NCBI GenBank assembly: GCA_964626595.1
Contig: CAZVFU010000005.1
Location: 4,892 to 68,891, forward strand
Length of the DNA stretch: 64,000 nt
Source: an uncultured Saprospiraceae bacterium
GTDB taxonomy: Bacteria > Bacteroidota > Bacteroidia > Chitinophagales > Saprospiraceae
Direction: 5' to 3'
Part shown: positions 28,964 to 37,640 of the stretch, piece by piece
Layout of the letters: each line of letters starts with the position of its first letter
Position numbering within the stretch: position 1 is the first letter of the stretch
The notes under the pieces: generated by a model
What the model was told of the DNA's origin: nothing
Seen by the model: the letters and a program-made list of their open reading frames with translations, nothing else
The model's database searches: none
Made by a program: the position numbers and the translations under genes

Positions 28964-30451
28964 TTATTTATACAGCACATCCATTTTTTGACGATAAATA
29001 TCAGTTAGTTTGCTTGACACGGGTTGATGCCCAAGTATGTTTTCCATCAGTTCCAGACTTTCATACTTCCGACCATGGCGGAATATTTTTGTGTTCAACC
29101 ACTCTAATACCCTTGAAAAATCCATCGCAGCAATATCTTCCTCAATACGCGTAAGATCTTTCTTCATCTTGGCGAATAATTCAGCTGCGTATATACTCCC
29201 CAGAGTGTAGGTAGGGAAATAGCCCAGTCCGCCATGTGCCCAGTGGACATCTTGCAAAATACCTTGATTCGGAGAGCTTACTTTAAGCCCCATTTTATCT
29301 AAATACTGTTGATTCCAATACGCTTCTAAGTCATCTACCTGAAGTTGGTTCTCCAATAGTTTCTTCTCAATGTCGTATCGAATAATAATGTGACGATGGT
29401 AGTGAAGCTCATCGGCTTCGGTGCGGATTAAGTTAGGCGAAAGAAAGTGCATAGCTTTTAAGAAGGAGCGAACATCTTCCTTTGGTGCATAACTTCCATA
29501 GGCTTGTTTAAGTTTTGGGTAAAGATGATTCCAAAATGGAATCGACTTTCCAATTTGGACCTCCCAAAATCGCGCCTGAGATTCATGGATAGATAAGCTA
29601 GCAGCTTGGCCGAGGGGTAGTCCCTCGTATTCACTTTTGGGCAATCCCTGTTCGTACAATGCATGACCTCCTTCGTGAATACTTCCCCAAATGATGGGGC
29701 TTATATGTTTTTCGCTGCTATGGGTCGTTAATCGAATGTCATGTGGCGACAGCGAAATGGTAAAAGGGTGCTGTGAAATATCTTGTCGGCCGCGATTGAA
29801 GTCAAATTTCATCTTTCGAAGGATATCCAGGCTGAATTCCCATTGTGTATTTTGGGGTACTTCTGCTTTTAAGATATGACGGTAATCTTCCTGCCGTTCT
29901 TCACATTCTGATATCAATACTTGTAATTCCTTGTCTAATGTCTGAAAGAGGGGGTCGAGCGTTTTTACTCGAAGTCCTTTATCGTACAAATTGAGCATAG
30001 CATCATAGGGGTGGTCCTGATACCCTCTGAGTTCTGCTTCCTCTCTTTTCATATCCAATAAGGGTTCAAAGGCGTTCAAAAAGATATTGGCATCTTGGTT
30101 TGCTCTTGCATTAACCCAAGCGGAGTAGGATGCTGAGATCAGCTCTGAACGTTTTTCAACAAATGATGCTGATAATTGACTGGCAATTTGGTAGTCGTAT
30201 AAACTTCTTTCGACATTAATTTGCTGTTCGTTCGTTAAATCTTTTCCTAATAACTTTTCCAAAAGGAGGCCTGTGGACTTGGATGTGAATTTCTGATGGG
30301 ACAGACTGCTCAAGTAGGCGATTTGTTTACTTCGAAATGCGGATGCCTCAGTGGGCATCATTACCTCCTGATCCCACTGTAAATTTGCGATAGTGGAGTC
30401 CAGAAAATATATTTCCTTCATGAGCTTGTGATAATCATCGTATAGGTTCAT
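28964..30451 (-). CDS. Carboxypeptidase, M32 family (Taq-type metallocarboxypeptidase)
   Basis: 495 aa. It has the HEGGHALYEQG (HExxH) zinc site, HESQARFWE, IRTEADELHY and GYFPTYTLG, which are conserved M32 blocks. Confidence 0.9.
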   Translation of the reverse strand: MNLYDDYHKLMKEIYFLDSTIANLQWDQEVMMPTEASAFRSKQIAYLSSLSHQKFTSKSTGLLLEKLLGKDLTNEQQINVERSLYDYQIASQLSASFVEKRSELISASYSAWVNARANQDANIFLNAFEPLLDMKREEAELRGYQDHPYDAMLNLYDKGLRVKTLDPLFQTLDKELQVLISECEERQEDYRHILKAEVPQNTQWEFSLDILRKMKFDFNRGRQDISQHPFTISLSPHDIRLTTHSSEKHISPIIWGSIHEGGHALYEQGLPKSEYEGLPLGQAASLSIHESQARFWEVQIGKSIPFWNHLYPKLKQAYGSYAPKEDVRSFLKAMHFLSPNLIRTEADELHYHRHIIIRYDIEKKLLENQLQVDDLEAYWNQQYLDKMGLKVSSPNQGILQDVHWAHGGLGYFPTYTLGSIYAAELFAKMKKDLTRIEEDIAAMDFSRVLEWLNTKIFRHGRKYESLELMENILGHQPVSSKLTDIYRQKMDVLYK

Positions 30452-30479
30452 ATGTTGCTTTTCTAATGTATAAATATAT

Positions 30480-30703
30480 GCTCGGCGGGTGGCCGGGGTA
30501 GGGGTAGTAGCGGCCCGCCGACTTCTGAGGCGGCGGGGTCTCGGCCATTGAAATTTTAGCTTTGAATGAAAAGATTTTGGGTTTGAAGCAGATCTTTTTA
30601 GTTATCAAATCCAGGCCGAGACGAAACAAGGTGCACCCGCGAATGGCCCGACCGCGAGCTGCGGGGCTGGCCTGAGAAGTTGCTAAAGCTCGCGGGACCC
30701 CTA
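30480..30703 (-). repeat. GC-rich hairpin-dense intergenic element, copy B (minus orientation, with an AT-rich internal insertion)
   Basis: The reverse complement starts AGGGGTCCCGCGAGC. It has a hairpin CCGCGAGC...GCTCGCGG (30652-30695), then TCGGGCCATTCGCG, and ends GCTACTACCCCTACCCCGG. A 9-bp inverted repeat GTCTCGGCC/GGCCGAGAC (30538-30546 / 30614-30622) brackets a 67-nt AT-rich segment. Confidence 0.55.
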
Positions 30704-30734
30704 TAAAAAAAAAGCCCTGCTAAAAAACAGGGCT
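30704..30734 (-). terminator. Rho-independent terminator of trxA
   Basis: On the minus strand, AGCCCTG ttttttag CAGGGCT is followed by a run of 9 T. It lies 22 nt after the trxA stop. Confidence 0.75.
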
Positions 30735-30756
30735 TAAAATAATTCGGTGTTCAAAA

Positions 30757-31074
30757 TTAAATCTGGGCGTCAATTTTTGCCTTTAATCCCTCTTTCGAGG
30801 TAAGACCTACTTGTTTATCAACGATCTCTCCATTTTTGAGGAAAAGGATTGTCGGAATGGATCGAATGCCATATTTCATGGAAACATCGGAGTTTTTATC
30901 CACATTGACTTTCCCAATTTTTGCTTTCCCTTCGTATTCTTCAGCTAATTCTTCTACGATGGGACCAATCATTTTGCAAGGTCCACACCATTCTGCCCAA
31001 AAGTCGATGACGACGAGTCCGTCATTGTCTAAAACTTCTTGCTTGAAATTGCTGTCGGTGAATTCTTGTGCCAT
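30757..31074 (-). CDS. trxA: Thioredoxin
   Basis: About 105 aa counted from MAQEFTDSNF. It has the WCGPC active site in FWAEWCGPCKMIGP and canonical thioredoxin length. The track ORF extends upstream to 31146, but I prefer ATG 31074. Confidence 0.95.
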   Translation of the reverse strand: MAQEFTDSNFKQEVLDNDGLVVIDFWAEWCGPCKMIGPIVEELAEEYEGKAKIGKVNVDKNSDVSMKYGIRSIPTILFLKNGEIVDKQVGLTSKEGLKAKIDAQI

Positions 31075-31128
31075 ATTGTATATAAATTTTCGTTTTGTGT
31101 GTACTTTGCTATTATAAACGCAAAGCCT

Positions 31129-32187
31129 GTGAATAAGTTGCCACAAATTTACGGAATTCTACTCGCACTCCTTACAGTCGGGTTGCATTTTTTGTCAGGA
31201 CGGCTTTTCCCCGGAATGACTGAACTCCTGTATTTGCACTTTATCTATGTAGTTGTGAAATGGGTATTATGGCCCTTGACTGTTTGGCCTGTTTCGGCTT
31301 TCAGTATTTTTGCCGGCTTTGTATTTATAATTTTTGGTTTTTGGGTATACCGGGCGTTTCAGATGAAATTTTCGATCTGGAAGTTCTCTTTGGGAGTGCT
31401 AAATGTTGCTGGGTTGCTTATTGGCCTATTTTATTTGAATTGGGGCTTTAATTATTCTTTACCTAAGATGGTCGAGCGGCTGGGATGGGATGTGCCAGAG
31501 TATGAGGCCAGCCGGATATCGTCTTTATATGCGTCCGTCACTCATGAGATGCTTTCAGCTCGCAAAGATTGGGTTGAGGAAGGGACTGGATCTCCTAATT
31601 TAGATGAAGATTTCATTCGGTCAGAGGTGGGCCGTATTCAAAAAGCATGGTTGATAGAGAAGGATCTGTATGTTTCTGTCCCGGCACAGATTCGTCCTTT
31701 GCCAAAAGGACTGCTGCTTCGGATTAGTACGGCTGGGTTTTACTTTCCTTTTGGTGGCGAGGGGTACTGGGATGCGGGTTTGCATGATTTAGTGGTTCCT
31801 TTCGTTATGGCCCACGAGCTGGCCCATAATTATGGCATCACAGATGAAGGTGAAGCTAATTTTATCGCCTTTCATACTTGTATTCAATCTGAACATGCTT
31901 TTATTCGGTATTGTGGATACCTCAATTTTTGGCGGTATGTGGCAAGACAATTTAGATATATGGATCCGGAAGGGTTTGAGAAAGAATGGGCCTGTTTGTC
32001 TGATACAATTAAAAACGATCTCATTCAGATACATGAACAGCATGATTTATACCCAGACATCCTTCCTCAAGTCAGAGATGTTATTTACGATACCTTCCTG
32101 CGCGCTCAGGGCGTTCAATCGGGACTTGAATCATATGCCGAGGTGGTCAAGTTGGAGTTAGCCTATCGAGCTTTGGAAAATCATTAA
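31129..32187 (+). CDS. DUF3810-like membrane protein with a HExxH metalloprotease-like motif
   Basis: It has N-terminal TM helices followed by VMAHELAHNYGITDEGEANFIAF. I set the start to GTG 31129 because the track start (31039) overlaps trxA, but the start remains uncertain. Confidence 0.7.
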   Translation: MNKLPQIYGILLALLTVGLHFLSGRLFPGMTELLYLHFIYVVVKWVLWPLTVWPVSAFSIFAGFVFIIFGFWVYRAFQMKFSIWKFSLGVLNVAGLLIGLFYLNWGFNYSLPKMVERLGWDVPEYEASRISSLYASVTHEMLSARKDWVEEGTGSPNLDEDFIRSEVGRIQKAWLIEKDLYVSVPAQIRPLPKGLLLRISTAGFYFPFGGEGYWDAGLHDLVVPFVMAHELAHNYGITDEGEANFIAFHTCIQSEHAFIRYCGYLNFWRYVARQFRYMDPEGFEKEWACLSDTIKNDLIQIHEQHDLYPDILPQVRDVIYDTFLRAQGVQSGLESYAEVVKLELAYRALENH

Positions 32188-33023
32188 GGGTTGTAAAACA
32201 AAGCGGCTCCCGGCTGCCAACCAAATTCGGGCTGAATATAGCTGCCACTATGTCCACCAAAGGAATCGAAATAAAAGCCAAAACCAAGCGTGAATGCGCC
32301 AAGAGAAGGGAAGTAGCTCATTTTAATATCCCACTCGGGTGCGAGTAAATACCGAACCCCCATCCCCAGAACTAAATCTGAATTGACGTCCAGGTAAAAC
32401 GAGCCGTAAAGGCGAAATTCCGGAGAGACTTCATACTTCGAGGATAAAAGAACGGATGCATTTTCAAATGATGATCCGATTATTGGGAACAAATGTTGTA
32501 CCCATAATCCAAGCTCAAGTTGATCTAATGGCTGTGACCAAATCGCCAAATCCATCGTAAGTTGCTGTTCTATTTCGTATTGCGGTGCGTTTCGTTGTCC
32601 AAAATTTAATTGGGTTCCCAATGAAAACTTATCCGTAAGTTTTCGTCCATATTGACCGGAGAAGTGCAGTAAATGCACGGCTGAATTTCCTGTATATCTT
32701 GCCTGAAGGCCGAAATGTTGGGTTGACTGGAAAACAAATTTCGCGCCCGCCTGAAAATGCTGTAAGCCAAAATCGCCAGCAGTTAAATTTCTAAAAGAGA
32801 CGGCATATTGTTGACTCCCTTGAGCTAGGCCGAGCGCGGGGCTAGCCAATGCGGAAAGCCCCAAATCCTCAACCGCCTGACTTTGTCCTGTATTTAAGGC
32901 TGCAAAGTGAGGATAGTCTTTTATGAAATTTTGGGACTGGCCTTCTGTTGAACTACAGAATACAGTGAGCAGTAATAAAGAGAATCCAGATAAGAATTTG
33001 CACATTGTTCTAAAAGATTGCAT
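32184..33023 (-). CDS. Outer-membrane beta-barrel protein, family unassigned
   Basis: 279 aa. It has a signal peptide (FSLLLLTVFCSSTEGQ) and amphipathic strand periodicity, and it ends AALFYNP. Confidence 0.5.
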   Translation of the reverse strand: MQSFRTMCKFLSGFSLLLLTVFCSSTEGQSQNFIKDYPHFAALNTGQSQAVEDLGLSALASPALGLAQGSQQYAVSFRNLTAGDFGLQHFQAGAKFVFQSTQHFGLQARYTGNSAVHLLHFSGQYGRKLTDKFSLGTQLNFGQRNAPQYEIEQQLTMDLAIWSQPLDQLELGLWVQHLFPIIGSSFENASVLLSSKYEVSPEFRLYGSFYLDVNSDLVLGMGVRYLLAPEWDIKMSYFPSLGAFTLGFGFYFDSFGGHSGSYIQPEFGWQPGAALFYNP

Positions 33024-33176
33024 ATTCGTAATGTGGTAAAGTTACGTAGAAATCACGAACGGCGAAATACTTCTTCAATGGGGCGAGTTATTTTTCTCTT
33101 AATCATAGCCCTGATGCTGATTCTAATCATTTATGGTTTAGTTCAAACCCTGGACTTTTCAGTTGAGTAGTCCATT

Positions 33177-33698
33177 TTATTGAGATTTGGTATAAGATTG
33201 TTTGTATTGACTCCAGGGCGTCTTTTTGAAGTGGTCATCACCGATGTAAGTCATTATCGTTTTGAAAGTGGTGGCATCCTGATACCCTTTCACAGGCTGG
33301 ATAACCTCAGCTTCTTCATTTAGGAATATAAAAGTGGGGTAGGAGAGTTGGTTGCGGGAAATATGAGCAGCCAATTCGTGATAGTCTCGCTTTCCTTTTC
33401 GCTCTCTTAGCTTGAAAACCTTTCCCTTAAATTGAATACTTTCTTTTTGTTCGGCATTAAATTTTACCGGATAAAAATTAGAGTTCAGATATTCAATGAT
33501 AAAGGGATCGGTCATTGTGGTTTTGTCCATTCGTTTACACCAACCACACCAATCCGTATATAAATCTACAAAGATTTTTTTCTGTTCCTTTTTTTGTGCC
33601 TCTATAGCTTCTTCAAAACTCATCCATTGCACTTTTTGTGCTTCGGAGTGAATTGGGCCCAAAAAGAAAAACGAAATCAACACAAAAAATCGACACAT
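33177..33698 (-). CDS. Secreted thioredoxin-fold protein (Thioredoxin_7/DUF255-like)
   Basis: 173 aa. It has a signal peptide and a WCGWC redox motif in DLYTDWCGWCKRMD. Confidence 0.75.
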   Translation of the reverse strand: MCRFFVLISFFFLGPIHSEAQKVQWMSFEEAIEAQKKEQKKIFVDLYTDWCGWCKRMDKTTMTDPFIIEYLNSNFYPVKFNAEQKESIQFKGKVFKLRERKGKRDYHELAAHISRNQLSYPTFIFLNEEAEVIQPVKGYQDATTFKTIMTYIGDDHFKKTPWSQYKQSYTKSQ

Positions 33699-33873
33699 TA
33701 CACTGGATTTTATATCAAGTATACGTAATATTAGTTAAAATGATTTTTTCTCACTTACTTATCCACTGACTTTAATAGAAATTTAACTATTTAAGTGCTT
33801 TATACCTATTCTTTTCTTCTCTATCGTAAGGAAACATTAACTTGCCCGTTGATTGGGTAATGTTATTTGCCAA

Positions 33874-34569
33874 ATGTTAGATAGAGGTTCCATTGCAATT
33901 TTATTGTTTAGCTTTTCCCCTGAGCGTTCAGCAAGAGAAAAAACCTGGCTGCGCAATAGGGGTAAGAATATCGAATTACATCAGCGAGTCCATAAGCGCA
34001 TAAAGTGTTTAGCTCGACGAGCAGGTGTTGACTTCTTCCATATTGACGAAGGTCAGCAACTGGGAAGGGATTTTCAGGATCGTCTTTGGAATGCTGTTGA
34101 GCATGTCTTTAATCAAGGTTATCGTGCGGTGCTGACTCTGGGTGGTGATACGCCGACTTTAACTGACATCATCCTTCAACGAAGCTTGAATCAACTTCAG
34201 TGCGAGCATAATGTTTTGGGGCCCAGCAGAGACGGGGGGACCTATTTGATTGGCTTTCAAAGAGCTTGGTTTCTAAATATCCGTCACCATCAAATTCAAT
34301 GGCATGCCGGCACCGATTTTGATCAGCTTTTATCTCTATTGACGCAGGAGGAAGTTTGGATCGCTCCTGTTTTATCGGATTGGGATACATTTACAGACAT
34401 TCAGTATCAATTGTGTCAGCAGCCCGCGTTTTGGCTTTGGAGAGTAATCATTTCTGATTTGCTCATTTCGTCTTGCGAAATCACATTTGTGAGAAGTGTT
34501 TATAGAAAAGTTCAAAATTTGGTTTTCGGTTTAGGCATGCGGGCTCCTCCTCTGCGGCAACTTTTTTAG
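33874..34569 (+). CDS. DUF2064 family protein (CofC/MobA-like nucleotidyltransferase fold; TIGR04282-like)
   Basis: IAILLFSFSP..., QQLGRDFQDRLWNA, LTLGGDTP and LGPSRDGGTYLIGF follow the DUF2064 block order as I recall it. I prefer ATG 33874 over the TTG at 33853. Confidence 0.7.
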   Translation: MLDRGSIAILLFSFSPERSAREKTWLRNRGKNIELHQRVHKRIKCLARRAGVDFFHIDEGQQLGRDFQDRLWNAVEHVFNQGYRAVLTLGGDTPTLTDIILQRSLNQLQCEHNVLGPSRDGGTYLIGFQRAWFLNIRHHQIQWHAGTDFDQLLSLLTQEEVWIAPVLSDWDTFTDIQYQLCQQPAFWLWRVIISDLLISSCEITFVRSVYRKVQNLVFGLGMRAPPLRQLF

Positions 34570-34607
34570 TTTTTCCCTTTGCAACTTTGAAAACCAAAAG
34601 ACTTAAA

Positions 34608-37600
34608 ATGAACTTAGCCTTACGTCTATACGTATGCAGATTTATCTGTATCCATCTTCTGATTGTGCCCTTTTTTGCGGGAGCTCAATCATCCCTTACC
34701 GTTTATTTATTTGACCGCGATCTGGACCAGCCCATTTCAGCTCATAGTGTTGTTCTGGAGCATGCCCCGAGTGGCCTTCAACTTTCCGGATTGACTGACA
34801 ATCAGGGAATCTTTACTTTTAAGAATTTAACCGCACGAGCGAATTACAGCTTAATTTCCCTGGAATCCCCCCAGTACAGACCAGACACTATTTCTAATAT
34901 TTCTTTGCGCTCACGAGAGGAAAAGTATCTGGATATGGGGGTGTCAAGCCGGCAATCGATAGATTTGGATGAAATTGTTATTAAAGCCCGACCCTCTCAG
35001 CGTATCAATAGGACCAACGCCGAGGTGGCCTTTGAATTGGATGAAAAAAATATTCAGGCTATTCCTGTGGAGGGACGTGATATTACTCGTGTCCTCTACC
35101 GCATGCCTAACGTTTCTCAAGCGACAGGATTTTATCCAGAGGCTCCCAATGTGAGTATTAATGGGGCAAATCCGCTGTATTCCACCTACTTAATTGATGG
35201 CATGGACAATAACGAGCGTTTTCTAGGTGGTCAAAAGTTTCCGATACCGACTGGATTCACTCAAAATATTACGCTCTTAACCAACAATTATAGCGCGGAA
35301 TATGGACTGGCTGGAAATGGAGTTTTAAATATTACGACCAAGTCGGGAACCAATGAATTCTCCGGCGAGGCCTTCACTATTACACGCCCGGGAGCTGTCA
35401 TCGATGGCAATACCCGGTTTCCACAACGCGATCTATCCGGCAACTTAGTCAAAGAAGGCTTCCAGCGGTATCAGGCTGGCGTCGGTTTCGGAGGCGCGCT
35501 TGTGGAAGATAAGACCTTTTATTACCTCAATGTTGAGCACACAACTGACCTCAAACAAAATATTTTGAGCTCACCATCTCTTGGTGTAAGTGAGAACGTA
35601 AATGGGCAAAATCAGTTTACCTATATTTCAGGTAAAATTGACCAGATTTGGAGTAAAAAATTTCGCTCCTCTCTTAGATATAATGAGGGAATCGTACGCG
35701 TGGAAAATCCGGGCGGTGGTTTGACGGGTGGAGTTACATTTCCATCTGCCGGACTCGTTCAAGATCGATTGTCCCGGCACGTGGCATTGAAGAATACTTA
35801 TCATACGAATAGCTTGAGTATTCAGACAAACTTACAATACTCTCGCTTTCGATGGAATTACGGTCGGCCTCTTCAAGGAGGGAATAGCCCTCAGGTTACT
35901 CTACTTGACGCGATGGAGGTTCCGGCTGCCGTACTGGGACACCCTGGATTCGTTTTCGATCAAACTGAGCACACCTTTCAATGGCAACAAAAACTCATGC
36001 TCTACGTCGGTAATCATCGCATCAAAGCGGGTGGTGGGATTATTCACAGCAGACACTCCCTTTTTGGAGGAGGAAATCCCAATGGGAATTATCGGGTGAA
36101 ACTCAGTGAGAGCCAACAAAACAACCTACCCCGGGGATTAGGCTCGAACCTGTCGATTGAAGATTTACCTTCAGATATTGAGGTTTTGAACTATAATGTG
36201 GAGTTACGCCCCAATTCCTTCGGTCGGAATCAAACGGTGTACTCTTTGTTTGTTGAAGATCAATTTCGACTCAATCACCGCATGAATGTCACAGCAGGTC
36301 TGCGTTATGATTATGATAAGCTGACCGAAGATCCCAATGGAAACGGAGATGTTAACAATCTGGCGCCCCGCCTTAATCTGAATTACAAATTGACTGATAA
36401 ATCTGTCCTTCGCGCTGGGTATGGCATGTTTTACGACAAGATCATTTACGCAGTAATAAGTGATGCGCTCCAACAAAATACGGTTTCTCCGGACTATGCC
36501 AGACAGGTAGAATATCTGCTTGCTCAAAACGGCCTGTATGGAGATTATAATATCGAAGACGTATTGTTTAATGGAAATTTGCAAGCTGGCCAGAATCAGG
36601 TTGAATTTTTAGAAGGGCCCACTGCTGAAGAGGTGGATATTCCGCGAGACCTGATTTTTAGCAATGAGCGCCGTATTTTACCCCCTAATGGATTGATAAA
36701 TCCGGTTACACATCAATTTTCTATAGGCTACCAGAATCAGCTAAATGAGACCACCTTATTTTTCGTTGACCTCATGCACAATCGATCTTATCATTTATTC
36801 CGACTTCGAAATTTAAATCGCGCGGCTCCGTATGACATCGATCCGGATAATGTTGAAATACGAACTATGGCCCAGGCAGACGCTCAGCGCTTGGCACCTG
36901 TTCTTTTTGATGAAGAGTCGGGTTTGCCGTATGTCGATGTCCTGGGTGAGCGCCTGTATGGAGGTGCCCGGAATGTCATGCTGACAGAGACAGCTGGTGA
37001 AAGCCGGTACTATGCAGCTTCTTTCAATATGCAAAAGCAAAGAGGAGAAGATGACTACTCCTTTTTATTAAACTATACGCTCTCTCGACTTCGAAATAAT
37101 ACTGAAGACATTAATTTTCGTGCGATGGATGCCAATGATTTTGAGGCCGAATGGGGCCCCTCTATAAATGATCGCTCACATATTATTAACGGTATTTTTA
37201 CCTATTATCTGGAAAGTAGCTGGCAATTCACTCTGGCTGCATTATTGCAAAGCGGACAGCCCATCAATCGCATTCCGGATGCGACCCAATTTGGCACGAC
37301 AGATTTGAATGGAGATGGTTCTTCCTTCGGCGATGCTTATGTGGGTAATAGCGATCGACATCCTGGAGAGTCTCGAAATTCGGATCGATTACCCTGGGCT
37401 AATACTTTTGACGTATCCATAACTTATGAATGGCAGCTGGGCAAGAATGCGCTGGAGCTCCGAGCTGATGTGTTTAATATTTTTAATGCACAGAATCTAA
37501 GTGGCTACAGTAACAATGCCACGCAGAGTAACCAAATTCAGCCGGGGTCGATTGCCAGTGGAGTGCTTATCCGCCGAAATGCATCTCCTCCTCGTCAATT

Positions 37601-37628
37601 CCAATTTAGTCTACGTTACCTTTGGTAA
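34608..37628 (+). CDS. TonB-dependent receptor with an N-terminal carboxypeptidase-regulatory-like domain
   Basis: About 1006 aa. It has a signal peptide, a CarboxypepD_reg-like segment (LTVYLFDRDLDQPIS...GIFTFKNL), a plug region (DEIVIKARP...IQAIPVEGRDITRVLYRMPNV), a long beta-barrel and a terminal RYLW. The track start is TTG 34587. Confidence 0.85.
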   Translation: MNLALRLYVCRFICIHLLIVPFFAGAQSSLTVYLFDRDLDQPISAHSVVLEHAPSGLQLSGLTDNQGIFTFKNLTARANYSLISLESPQYRPDTISNISLRSREEKYLDMGVSSRQSIDLDEIVIKARPSQRINRTNAEVAFELDEKNIQAIPVEGRDITRVLYRMPNVSQATGFYPEAPNVSINGANPLYSTYLIDGMDNNERFLGGQKFPIPTGFTQNITLLTNNYSAEYGLAGNGVLNITTKSGTNEFSGEAFTITRPGAVIDGNTRFPQRDLSGNLVKEGFQRYQAGVGFGGALVEDKTFYYLNVEHTTDLKQNILSSPSLGVSENVNGQNQFTYISGKIDQIWSKKFRSSLRYNEGIVRVENPGGGLTGGVTFPSAGLVQDRLSRHVALKNTYHTNSLSIQTNLQYSRFRWNYGRPLQGGNSPQVTLLDAMEVPAAVLGHPGFVFDQTEHTFQWQQKLMLYVGNHRIKAGGGIIHSRHSLFGGGNPNGNYRVKLSESQQNNLPRGLGSNLSIEDLPSDIEVLNYNVELRPNSFGRNQTVYSLFVEDQFRLNHRMNVTAGLRYDYDKLTEDPNGNGDVNNLAPRLNLNYKLTDKSVLRAGYGMFYDKIIYAVISDALQQNTVSPDYARQVEYLLAQNGLYGDYNIEDVLFNGNLQAGQNQVEFLEGPTAEEVDIPRDLIFSNERRILPPNGLINPVTHQFSIGYQNQLNETTLFFVDLMHNRSYHLFRLRNLNRAAPYDIDPDNVEIRTMAQADAQRLAPVLFDEESGLPYVDVLGERLYGGARNVMLTETAGESRYYAASFNMQKQRGEDDYSFLLNYTLSRLRNNTEDINFRAMDANDFEAEWGPSINDRSHIINGIFTYYLESSWQFTLAALLQSGQPINRIPDATQFGTTDLNGDGSSFGDAYVGNSDRHPGESRNSDRLPWANTFDVSITYEWQLGKNALELRADVFNIFNAQNLSGYSNNATQSNQIQPGSIASGVLIRRNASPPRQFQFSLRYLW

Positions 37629-37640
37629 AAATATACCCTT

